Source: a virus | Lineage: Duplodnaviria > Caudoviricetes | Reading direction: 5' to 3' (one strand) | Virus record (IMG/VR): IMGVR_UViG_3300038808_000030 | Span: 1 to 55,131 of that record | DNA length: 55,131 bases | Part shown: piece after piece, positions 25,398 to 33,488 of the stretch | Numbering within the stretch: the stretch's first letter is position 1 | Layout of the letters: every line of letters begins with the position of its first letter | Notes under the pieces: model-generated | Databases searched by the model: none | What the model was told of the DNA's origin: nothing | Seen by the model: the letters and a program-made list of their open reading frames with translations, nothing else | Made by a program: the position numbers and the translations under genes

Positions 25398-26015
25398 ATG
25401 GCCTCCTGGGAGAACTGGATGCCGGAGCTGGTCCTGGCCGCCCCCAAGGCGCCGGTACCGCTCATTCACCTGGCGCTGAACCGTGCCGCGCGCACGTTCC
25501 TCAAGGCCACGCGCGCCTGGCAGGAGTGGCTGGACCCTACGGACGTGACCGGCGAGGCCTTCGCCGAATACACCTTCGAGCTGCCCCAGGGCGCCGAGCT
25601 GCTGCGCCTGGAGCGCGCCACGCTGGCCGGGCGCCCGCTGGAGTTGGCCAAGGCGCGCGACCTGCCGGCCGATCCCTGGCAGCACGAGCTGCGCGGCAAG
25701 CTCTATCTGGTCACGACGAACCTGCGCGAATTCACAGTGCGCACGGGCAGCGCGGGCCGGCTGCAGGTCTACGTCTCGCTCATGCCGTCCCTGCGCGGCA
25801 ACAGCGTGCCTGACGAGGTGGCGTCGCTCTACCACGAAGCGATCCGCGAGGGCGCCAAGGCCGAGCTGCTGGCCACCGAGGGCACGGACTACTACAAGCC
25901 CGACCAGGCCGGCGTGGCCCTGGCATTCTTCACTCGCGCCATGGATGACGCCACGGCCGACGTGTGGCGCTCCAACACCAGCCGCGGCTCGCGGGGGAGG
26001 GCGTCATGGCTTTGA
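25398..26015 (+). CDS. Putative head-tail adaptor protein
   Basis: Position; AARTFLKATRAWQE...YHEAIREGAKAELL pattern. Confidence 0.65.
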   Translation: MASWENWMPELVLAAPKAPVPLIHLALNRAARTFLKATRAWQEWLDPTDVTGEAFAEYTFELPQGAELLRLERATLAGRPLELAKARDLPADPWQHELRGKLYLVTTNLREFTVRTGSAGRLQVYVSLMPSLRGNSVPDEVASLYHEAIREGAKAELLATEGTDYYKPDQAGVALAFFTRAMDDATADVWRSNTSRGSRGRASWL

Positions 26016-26638
26016 CCGTGGCCCAGCTGCTGGACGATGCAGCGCGCGACCTGCAGGACAAGGGGCATATCCGCTGGACCCGCGCGGATCTGCTGGACTG
26101 GTTCAACGCGGCGCAGCGCGCTTTTGCCGAGCAGCGGCCCGACCAGATGGCCCAGCCGCGCGACCTGGTGCTGGCCGCCGGGTGGCGGCAGGAGCTGCCG
26201 GCCGACGTGCTCACGCTGATCGACATCACCAACAACGCCAACGCCACGCAGCGGCGCATCACCAAGACCGACCTATGGGTGCTGGACGCCGTGGCCGGCG
26301 CCTGGCGCTCTGGCTCTCCGGGCCGTGAGGTGCAGCACTACATGCACGACCTGGGCACGCCCCAGGAGTTTCTGGTCTATCCGCCCGTGGCCGCCGGCAC
26401 CAAGGTGCGCGCGGTGCTGGGTGTCGCGGCCGTGGACCTGGCCGACGAAAACGGCACGCCCTCGGTGCCTGAGCGCTGGATGGACGCGCTGCGGCACTTC
26501 GTGCTGTTCCGGGCCTGGTCCATCGACGCCGAGTTCGGCGGCAACGCCACCATCGCGGCGGCGCACCGCGCCCTCTACAACGAGGCGCTGGGCATTCAGG
26601 CCCAGGCTGCGGCCACCACGGCCGTGGCCCAGAAGTGA
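26006..26638 (+). CDS. Putative adaptor protein (DUF6682-like)
   Basis: LQDKGHIRWTRADLLDWFNAAQR, FLVYPP, ALRHFVLFRAWSIDAE. Confidence 0.7.
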   Translation: MALTVAQLLDDAARDLQDKGHIRWTRADLLDWFNAAQRAFAEQRPDQMAQPRDLVLAAGWRQELPADVLTLIDITNNANATQRRITKTDLWVLDAVAGAWRSGSPGREVQHYMHDLGTPQEFLVYPPVAAGTKVRAVLGVAAVDLADENGTPSVPERWMDALRHFVLFRAWSIDAEFGGNATIAAAHRALYNEALGIQAQAAATTAVAQK

Positions 26639-26639
26639 A

Positions 26640-26690
26640 CCAAGCCTGCCATCCTGGCGGGCATCTTCAATCGGGGCGCTGGAGTGCTCG
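26640..26690 (+). promoter_or_regulatory. Late promoter motif copy 5 plus second copy of the 25-nt UTR element
   Basis: CCAAGCCTGCCAtccT at 26640; TTCAATCGGGGCGCTGGAGTGCTCG at 26666-26690 (24/25 identical to 23285-23309). Confidence 0.75.
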
Positions 26691-26707
26691 AAGCCAAAGG
26701 AGCCGTC

Positions 26708-27124
26708 ATGGCTGGTTTCAGCACATCCCTCGCCAACGCGATCATCAGCGCCACGCTGCGCAAGCAGGCCTTCCCGGCCATCCGCAACGCCTACTTCGCC
26801 CTGTTCACGGCCGACCCTACCGACGCCTTCACCGCCGGCACCGAAGTGGCCGCACCCTGGTACCAGCGCGTGGCCACGGGCGCCTTTGCCGCTCCCAACA
26901 ACGGCGCCACCTACAACGCCGTGCGTGCGGAGTTCCCGCCCGTCACAGGCGCCCAGGTCACGGTCACTCACATCGGGATCATGGAAGGTGATTCGGCCAC
27001 CGATGGCACGGCCACGCTCATGTATTCCGAGCCGCTGCCATCGCCGCGCACGCTGCAGATCAACGACGTGTTCGTGGTGGACAGCCAGGCGCTGACTGGC
27101 GACTTCACGCTGCAGCTGCTGTAA
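26708..27124 (+). CDS. Virion structural protein (fibre-associated)
   Basis: YFALFTADPTD, EVAAPWYQR, VTHIGI motifs; AAGGAG RBS. Confidence 0.75.
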   Translation: MAGFSTSLANAIISATLRKQAFPAIRNAYFALFTADPTDAFTAGTEVAAPWYQRVATGAFAAPNNGATYNAVRAEFPPVTGAQVTVTHIGIMEGDSATDGTATLMYSEPLPSPRTLQINDVFVVDSQALTGDFTLQLL

Positions 27125-27127
27125 GCC

Positions 27128-28174
27128 ATGAACCGGGGCGCTCTCAACGGGTTCGCACTCAACGGCCGGTCAGCCGACCCCGTGGTGCGCATCCGCGTGG
27201 ACGCCAAGGGCTATGCCCGCGTCCGCGTGGGCGGGCGCGTGCTCGCCTATGCCGTAGTGCACTCGGCCCCCGCTGCTGCGCTGACGGGCCCGCTGGGCCG
27301 TGTGCACGCCAAGCTCTCGGCGGACTCTGTGGCGCGGGCGGCCGTGGAGGGCGTGCTGGGCCGGATTCACGTCCGCAGCCTGTTGGCGGCCACCGGCCGC
27401 GCGGTCCTCAAGGTCACGCTGCCGCCGGTCTACGGGCGCGTGGTGGCCAAGGCCACGGCCCGGGCCACCGTCAACGCCCATGTGCTGGCACGCAGCCCCG
27501 TGGCGGCCGCGCTGCAGGCGCAGTTCTCCCCCCAGACGCACCTGCTGCGTCGCGGCCCTGTGCAGTCCGCTCCGGCGGCGCGCGGCAAGGCGGATGGGCA
27601 GATCTACGTGCGCCGCTGGCTGCGCTCGCCCGTGGACGGCAAGGGCCAGGCCTTTGTCGTCACGCAGGGCCGCGTCGAGGCGCGGCTGGCCGTGCTGGCC
27701 CAGGGCCTGGCGCGCGGCGCCGTCGATCCGCACCGCCTGGTGCGCGCGCCGCTCGCGGCCCAGGGCGTGGCCTTCATCGACATCGACCCGGCCGTGCACA
27801 GGCGCCTGCCCTTCGATGAGGCAGCGCCCGAATCCCGAACCTTCCTCGTGCCCGCAGGAATGACCACCTTCTACGTTACCGACCAAGGGCAGAGCATGTT
27901 CCGTGCATCCCCCATGCAGCCTGCAGACACGCAGGACTACGACATCGAGTTCGCCGACTGGTTTCCGCCTGGCGACGAGATTGTTTCTGTCGAACTCAAG
28001 GTGCGCCCGGCAATGCCCATGCCCCCGTCCTATGCCTTCGTGGGCCAGCGCGTGAAGGTCTGGATCTACGCGGGCGGCGCCGATGGCCAGAAGTACCAGG
28101 TCAGCGTGGCCGCCACGACCAACGACGGCCGCACCAAGGAGGTGGAGCTGATCGTGCCCATCAAGGAAAAATAG
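27128..28174 (+). CDS. Virion protein with C-terminal fibre-adaptor-like domain
   Basis: N-terminal ALNGFALNG; C-terminal QPADTQDYDIEFADW...TTNDGRTKEVE. Confidence 0.7.
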   Translation: MNRGALNGFALNGRSADPVVRIRVDAKGYARVRVGGRVLAYAVVHSAPAAALTGPLGRVHAKLSADSVARAAVEGVLGRIHVRSLLAATGRAVLKVTLPPVYGRVVAKATARATVNAHVLARSPVAAALQAQFSPQTHLLRRGPVQSAPAARGKADGQIYVRRWLRSPVDGKGQAFVVTQGRVEARLAVLAQGLARGAVDPHRLVRAPLAAQGVAFIDIDPAVHRRLPFDEAAPESRTFLVPAGMTTFYVTDQGQSMFRASPMQPADTQDYDIEFADWFPPGDEIVSVELKVRPAMPMPPSYAFVGQRVKVWIYAGGADGQKYQVSVAATTNDGRTKEVELIVPIKEK

Positions 28175-28176
28175 AA

Positions 28177-29535
28177 ATGCCGCAGCTGTTCCTCAACAAC
28201 TTCCAGACGCAGTTCATCGCCGACGTGCGCGCGGCGCCGCAGACCGGCGCCCCGGCCACCGAGCTGGACTATGGTGTGCTGCGCGTGTCCGATGGAGCGG
28301 CCGGCCTGCTGCGCAACCCGGAGCCGGGCTCTTGGTATGTGCTGACAGCCTACAAGCGCAGCGGCTCGCTGGAGTCGGACTACGAAGTCCTGCACATCAC
28401 GGCCGTGGACAACTCGGTCATCGGTGAATGCCGGCTCACTGTCTTGCGCGGCCAGGAAGGCACGGCGCCGCGCGCCTATGTGGCCGGCGATCTGCTGGAG
28501 CTGCGCTTGACAGCCGGCGGCATGGGCGTGAAGGTGGACCGCGAAGACGGCAAGGGCCTGAGCGCCAATGACTTCACCAACGCCGAGAAGGCCAAGCTGG
28601 AGGGCATCGCCGCCCAGGCCACCAGGAACGCCACGGACGCGCAGCTGCGCGACCGGACCACGCATACCGGCGCCCAGGCGATCAGCACCATCACGGGCCT
28701 GCAGGCCGCCCTCGATGCGCGTGCGCCCAAGGAGAACCCCACGTTCACGGGCACAGTGTCGGGCATCGGCAAGGCCATGGTGGGCCTGCCCAACGTGGAC
28801 AACACGGCCGACGCGGACAAGCCCGTGAGTACCGCGCAGCAGGCGGCCCTGGCCAACAAGGTGGACAAGGTGGCGGGCAAGGGCCTGTCCACTGAGGACT
28901 TCACCAGCGCAGAGAAAGCCAAGCTGGAAGGCGTGGCCGCGCAGGCCACCAAGAACGCCACGGACGCCCAGCTGCGCGACCGCAGTACGCACACGGGCAC
29001 GCAGGCCTTAAGCACGGTGGAGGGGTTGACCTCTGCTCTGGCGGCAAAGCAAAAATCCATCGCTGTCGGCTCAGTAGCGCCGAGCACTCCAGTCCAGGGC
29101 GACGAATGGGTGGATACATCCAATGCGAGCCAAGCCGTGCGCTTCACTTGGCTGGTTGACGGGCAGGGGGGCCGATGGGTGGAGCTTGGTGCCGCCGGAA
29201 ACTCCATCAAGCCAGGTTCGGTTCTCACCAAGCAAGACCACGGCGCCACGCTGGCCGCCTGGATCGAGCATCCCCTGAATACGGCCATTGGGTCTTTTGC
29301 CGTGTCGCTGCCGGCTGCGGCAGTCAATGATCGGCTGCAGTTGCGCAATTATGCAAGTTCATGGTCGCGTGAAAATGCAGTGACGCTCAACGTGCCCGCA
29401 GCGCACGCGGTTCACATTTTGGGCCGAGTGATCACAGGCCCCGCCACGCTGGTATTCGACACCAGTGAAGTTCAAGCAATGACGTTTCTCTTGCAGGCGA
29501 GTATTGCAGGCGTGCGAGTTTGGTCAGCGAATTAA
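28177..29535 (+). CDS. Tail fibre protein
   Basis: LTVLRGQEGTAPRA...ELRLTAG anchor; KGLSxxDFT and VGLPNVDNTADADKPVSTAQQAAL repeats. Confidence 0.85.
   Translation: MPQLFLNNFQTQFIADVRAAPQTGAPATELDYGVLRVSDGAAGLLRNPEPGSWYVLTAYKRSGSLESDYEVLHITAVDNSVIGECRLTVLRGQEGTAPRAYVAGDLLELRLTAGGMGVKVDREDGKGLSANDFTNAEKAKLEGIAAQATRNATDAQLRDRTTHTGAQAISTITGLQAALDARAPKENPTFTGTVSGIGKAMVGLPNVDNTADADKPVSTAQQAALANKVDKVAGKGLSTEDFTSAEKAKLEGVAAQATKNATDAQLRDRSTHTGTQALSTVEGLTSALAAKQKSIAVGSVAPSTPVQGDEWVDTSNASQAVRFTWLVDGQGGRWVELGAAGNSIKPGSVLTKQDHGATLAAWIEHPLNTAIGSFAVSLPAAAVNDRLQLRNYASSWSRENAVTLNVPAAHAVHILGRVITGPATLVFDTSEVQAMTFLLQASIAGVRVWSAN
28531..29028 (+). repeat. Internal duplication in tail fibre (two ~171-nt units at 28531 and 28858)
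   Basis: KVD...GKGLS..DFT.AEKAKLEG.AAQAT.NATDAQLRDR.THTG.QA.ST..GL occurs twice. Confidence 0.85.
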
Positions 29536-29544
29536 GGCGTATCC

Positions 29545-30474
29545 ATGAATATTTCTTCTCTTCTTTCAAAGGTTTCTCCTGGAACATTGCGAGTTCGGTA
29601 CCCGGTTTTTACTAGCAAAACTATTACTTTTCCACGTTCCGGCCTCGTCATAGTCCGGGCAATGGGGGCGGGTGGGAGCGGCGCCGCTAGAGTTGGCAGC
29701 ACCCAAACTGGGACTGGAGGTTACTCCGCATGTTGGGGCATGAAAATTCTGCGGGTGGCAGCGGGAGACACGGCGGTCATCACCATTGGCGCCGGCTCGG
29801 TAACTCCTAGCAATGGCAATGGTTTGCCTGGGGGGAACACCTCGGTGACCATTGGCGGCGAGACCTATACGGCCCCAGGGGGGCCGGGCGGAATGTATCA
29901 GGCCATTGGCGTCCCATCCATGCCCAGTGGTCCAGAACTGCCAGCGAACTGGGATTTTGGTGCTGCAAGCGTTCGCCCAGGATTTGGCAGCAACATCGGT
30001 ACGGGCGGTGCAGGCGTTGACATCCTTGCTCAGGGCAATAACGCCACTACGTCCGCGTCAGTTCAAGGTAGCGGTGGAGGCGGTACGGGATCGCCTTCCA
30101 CTGGACCTGGTGGTGGCGGATCCCTGCCAGGAGGCCTCAGTGCGCTCGGGACGTCGGGAAGTTCAGCTGTTGTGGCGATTGCATTTGATGCATCTCAGGG
30201 CGAATGGGGCATCAGTTTTTATGGCGGTTCAGGTGGAGCAGCCGCTGGCGGTATATATGGACATGGCGCGAATGGCGGCGGCGGCGGAAACGGTGGAACC
30301 GCAGCCGTTGGAAATGGTGGAAATGGAGGTGGAGGTGCCGGAGCAATGACTAATGGGGCTTTAGGAGGGAATGGCGGGTTCGGTGCGGGAGGTGGCTGTG
30401 GCACCGCCTATGGCGGTGGAAAAGGCGGAGATGGGTATGTTTTTCTCGATTTCTTTGGTGATGCCGAGGTATAA
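29545..30474 (+). CDS. Glycine-rich fibre tip / receptor-binding protein
   Basis: GAGGSG...GGxGGxG repeats (gp38-like polyglycine); atypical codon usage. Confidence 0.75.
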   Translation: MNISSLLSKVSPGTLRVRYPVFTSKTITFPRSGLVIVRAMGAGGSGAARVGSTQTGTGGYSACWGMKILRVAAGDTAVITIGAGSVTPSNGNGLPGGNTSVTIGGETYTAPGGPGGMYQAIGVPSMPSGPELPANWDFGAASVRPGFGSNIGTGGAGVDILAQGNNATTSASVQGSGGGGTGSPSTGPGGGGSLPGGLSALGTSGSSAVVAIAFDASQGEWGISFYGGSGGAAAGGIYGHGANGGGGGNGGTAAVGNGGNGGGGAGAMTNGALGGNGGFGAGGGCGTAYGGGKGGDGYVFLDFFGDAEV

Positions 30475-30476
30475 AA

Positions 30477-30866
30477 ATGCCTGTCATTGAAATTCTTCAA
30501 AGAGGGCAAGTGGTGAATCGGGTCTTGGCTGATTTGGCTTGGGCAGAGGAGCATCACCCGGGCTCTTGGCGTATGGCTCCTGGCGTGGAATCACCTGTTC
30601 CTGTAGATCCGTCGCCGATACCCCAGACCATCACCCGGGCCCAGGGCAAGGCGGCGCTGATCCAGGCCGGCCTGTGGCCGCAGGTGCAGGCCTTCATGGC
30701 CGGCATCGAAGATCCCAACGAGCAACTGTTGGCCGAGGTCGCTTTGAACGACACGGTGAACTGGGAGCGCAGCAGCCCATTCCTCGCGCGTGTCGCTGCG
30801 GAGCTGGGCCTGAGCGAGCAGCAGCTCGATGAGCTGTTCATCGCGGCAGCGGCCATCGTGCTGTAG
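30477..30866 (+). CDS. Tail fibre-associated small protein
   Basis: ITRAQGKAALIQAGL...WERSSP...LGLSEQQLDELF. Confidence 0.75.
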   Translation: MPVIEILQRGQVVNRVLADLAWAEEHHPGSWRMAPGVESPVPVDPSPIPQTITRAQGKAALIQAGLWPQVQAFMAGIEDPNEQLLAEVALNDTVNWERSSPFLARVAAELGLSEQQLDELFIAAAAIVL

Positions 30867-30882
30867 CGGCCAGTCCGCGCTG

Positions 30883-30901
30883 GTGCCAAGCCTGCCAGCC
30901 T
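30883..30901 (+). promoter_or_regulatory. Late promoter motif copy 6
   Basis: GTGCCAAGCCTGCCAgccT; 30886 to ATG 30909 is 23 nt. Confidence 0.78.
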
Positions 30902-30908
30902 GCAGGCC

Positions 30909-33488
30909 ATGACCACCTACAAGCTGTCCGCATTCCCGGGCGAGGCGCCCAGCGTGTCCGACCGCGCGCTGGGCGCTAACTTCGCCCGGGAGCACTTCAA
31001 TCTCTTTCTGCCCAGCTCCGAGTTCTGGCCGCTGGCCACCGACCGGCGCCACTCGGCATGTCTGGCCGGCACCCGCACGCTGCACCGCTTCGCGCGCGAT
31101 GCCAGCGGCGCCGTGCAGCAGAACCCGGCCGCGCCCATCCGCTCCTGGGTGCAGGAGCTGTCCCTGGTCAAGGGCCAGATCAACGACGAGGCCACCGAGC
31201 GCACCTACCAGACCACCAACGATGGCAGCGCAGCGCCGCGTGCGCTGGACGTGCGCGGCAACGACCGGATGCTGGGCGTGGTGCGCCCGGTCAAGCCCAC
31301 GGTCACGCTGCAGGTGGTGGACGAGTTCACCAACGAGGAGGCCAAGACCTGGCTGTATGGCGACTTCGCCGAGCTGGTGCGCGCGGATCTGCTGGCCACG
31401 GTGATCCAGCACGAGGGCCGCCAGGAGGCCATCCGCTGGGATGCCAATGGCAAGGCTTATGCCGGCGCCACATCCAACTACGGGCTGTCCCTGTCTACCG
31501 CCGTAGGGGCCGGCGCCTGGGCTGGGAATCTCTATGCCGTGGTGTCGGCCGCTCGCGCCAAGGCCTGCGAGATGGACACCACGCGGCTGGGCGCCGTCAG
31601 CACCGCCAGCGGCTGGGCCGTGCCGGTGGCCGCCATGCCGTACAGCTACCCGTTTCGCCGGCCCGCGCTGGTGGAAGCACTGCAGCGGCACGAGTTTCCG
31701 GACACGGCCGGCGAGCGCTCCGGCGAAACCGTGCTCACGGCCGACCAGGCCGCCAAGCTGGCCGACCTGGTGGAGGAGGCCGTGGCCCCGGGCACCAAGT
31801 GCGCCAACTGGCGCAGCGAGCTGGACAAGCTGGTGAAGGAGTTCGCCGACCTGGGCCTGGCCAAGGCCTGGGCCACGCCCGGCACCGCGCCCGTGAAGCC
31901 CAGCGAGCCCAAGGCCGCGCAGTACTACTTCGACTCCGACAACAACGCGATCGAGCACGCCGACTGGGTGCAGTACCGGCGCGACCTGGAGGCCTACTAC
32001 AAGGCCCTGGACACCTACACGGAAGGCAAGACGGCTGCCACATCCCAGGCGGCCAGCCTGAATGCCCGCATGGTGGAGATCCAGCAGCGCTGCAGCACGT
32101 TGGTGTCCAGCATCCAGACCCAGCTGGCCAGCCAGTACATCGCAGCCACGGGCGACACGGCCGTGATCGGCACTTGGCTGGACCAGCTGGGCGGCGTGGC
32201 CGACCTGGCCGGCAAGACCGTGGAGCGCGTGGTGGACTCGCGCTTCTACGTCGTGGCCTTTGTGACCGACTGGGGCGAGGAGTCCGAGCCGTCGCCCATC
32301 TCCGAGATGCTGGAGGTGGACCAGAATGACACCGTGACCATCCAGCGGCCCCAGGCCATGACGGGGGAGCAGCATGCCGCGCGCCATGTCGTGAAGTGGC
32401 GCATCTACCGCAGCAACGCCTCGGCCGCAGCTGCGGCCTGGCAGCTGGTGCAGGAGCTGCAGATCTCCGTGGCCAGCTTCCTCGATGACAAGAAGGGTGA
32501 GGAGCTGGACAGCCTGCAGCCGCAGTTCACCTGGGCCGCGCCGCCGTACCGCATGGACAGCCAGTACGAGGGCGACAACAAGCCCAGCGTGGGCGCCAAT
32601 CCCTACCTGCGCGGGCTCACGGGCATACCCAACGGCATCATGGCCGGCTTCATCGACAACACCGTGGCCTTCTGCGAGCCCTACGTGCCCTACGCCTGGC
32701 CCGTGGACTACCAGGTCACGACCGAATGGCCCATCGTGGGCATGGCCGTGTTCGACCAGACCCTGTTCGTGGGCACGGCCGGCAATCCGTACTTCGTGAC
32801 AGGCGCGCACTCGGCGCAGATGTCGGCCATCAAGCTGGACAGCAACCAGTCCTGCAGCGCACGTCGCTCCATCGTTCCCGTGCAGGGCGGCGTGCTCTAT
32901 GCCTCGCCAGATGGCCTGTGCCTGGCCAGCCCGGGCGGCGTGCAGGTGGTCACGCGGCAGCTGATCGCGCGCCAGGACTGGCAACGCATGCAGCCGGCCA
33001 GCATGTTCGCGGCCGAGCACGAGGGCGTGTACTACCTGTTCTACGCCGGGGCCGGCGGCGGCTGCCTGGCGTTCAGCGCGCAGGACGGGGCCAAGCTCGG
33101 CCATACCGACCTGGGCGGCGCGGGTGTGACGGCGGTCTGGGTGGACCGCTTCAACGACCTCATGTACGTGGCGCGCGGCCAGGACATCCTGGAATGCTTC
33201 ACGGGCGAGTCGCTGCGCACGGCGCGCTGGCGCACAGGCCTGGCCACCCAGGGCCAGCAGCTGCCGCTGGCCTGGGCCAAGGTCTACGGCCTGCAGGACG
33301 CCCAGCACCCGATCACCCTGCGCCTGTGGGGCGACGGCCAGCTGCAGCACACGGCCCGGTTCACCGACCTGCAGCCGCAGCGCCTGCCGCCCGGGCGCTG
33401 GCTGGAGCACCAGGTGGAAATCGAGGGCGCGGCCCGCGTCACCAGCGTGGTGCTGTGCTCGACCACTGAGGAGCTGCGCAGCGTATGA
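30909..33488 (+). CDS. Podovirus tail nozzle/stabilisation protein (beta-propeller type) with helical insertion
   Basis: FPGEAP, YVVAFVTDWGEESEPSP, FCEPYVPYAWP, GVLYASPDGL. Confidence 0.75.
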   Translation: MTTYKLSAFPGEAPSVSDRALGANFAREHFNLFLPSSEFWPLATDRRHSACLAGTRTLHRFARDASGAVQQNPAAPIRSWVQELSLVKGQINDEATERTYQTTNDGSAAPRALDVRGNDRMLGVVRPVKPTVTLQVVDEFTNEEAKTWLYGDFAELVRADLLATVIQHEGRQEAIRWDANGKAYAGATSNYGLSLSTAVGAGAWAGNLYAVVSAARAKACEMDTTRLGAVSTASGWAVPVAAMPYSYPFRRPALVEALQRHEFPDTAGERSGETVLTADQAAKLADLVEEAVAPGTKCANWRSELDKLVKEFADLGLAKAWATPGTAPVKPSEPKAAQYYFDSDNNAIEHADWVQYRRDLEAYYKALDTYTEGKTAATSQAASLNARMVEIQQRCSTLVSSIQTQLASQYIAATGDTAVIGTWLDQLGGVADLAGKTVERVVDSRFYVVAFVTDWGEESEPSPISEMLEVDQNDTVTIQRPQAMTGEQHAARHVVKWRIYRSNASAAAAAWQLVQELQISVASFLDDKKGEELDSLQPQFTWAAPPYRMDSQYEGDNKPSVGANPYLRGLTGIPNGIMAGFIDNTVAFCEPYVPYAWPVDYQVTTEWPIVGMAVFDQTLFVGTAGNPYFVTGAHSAQMSAIKLDSNQSCSARRSIVPVQGGVLYASPDGLCLASPGGVQVVTRQLIARQDWQRMQPASMFAAEHEGVYYLFYAGAGGGCLAFSAQDGAKLGHTDLGGAGVTAVWVDRFNDLMYVARGQDILECFTGESLRTARWRTGLATQGQQLPLAWAKVYGLQDAQHPITLRLWGDGQLQHTARFTDLQPQRLPPGRWLEHQVEIEGAARVTSVVLCSTTEELRSV

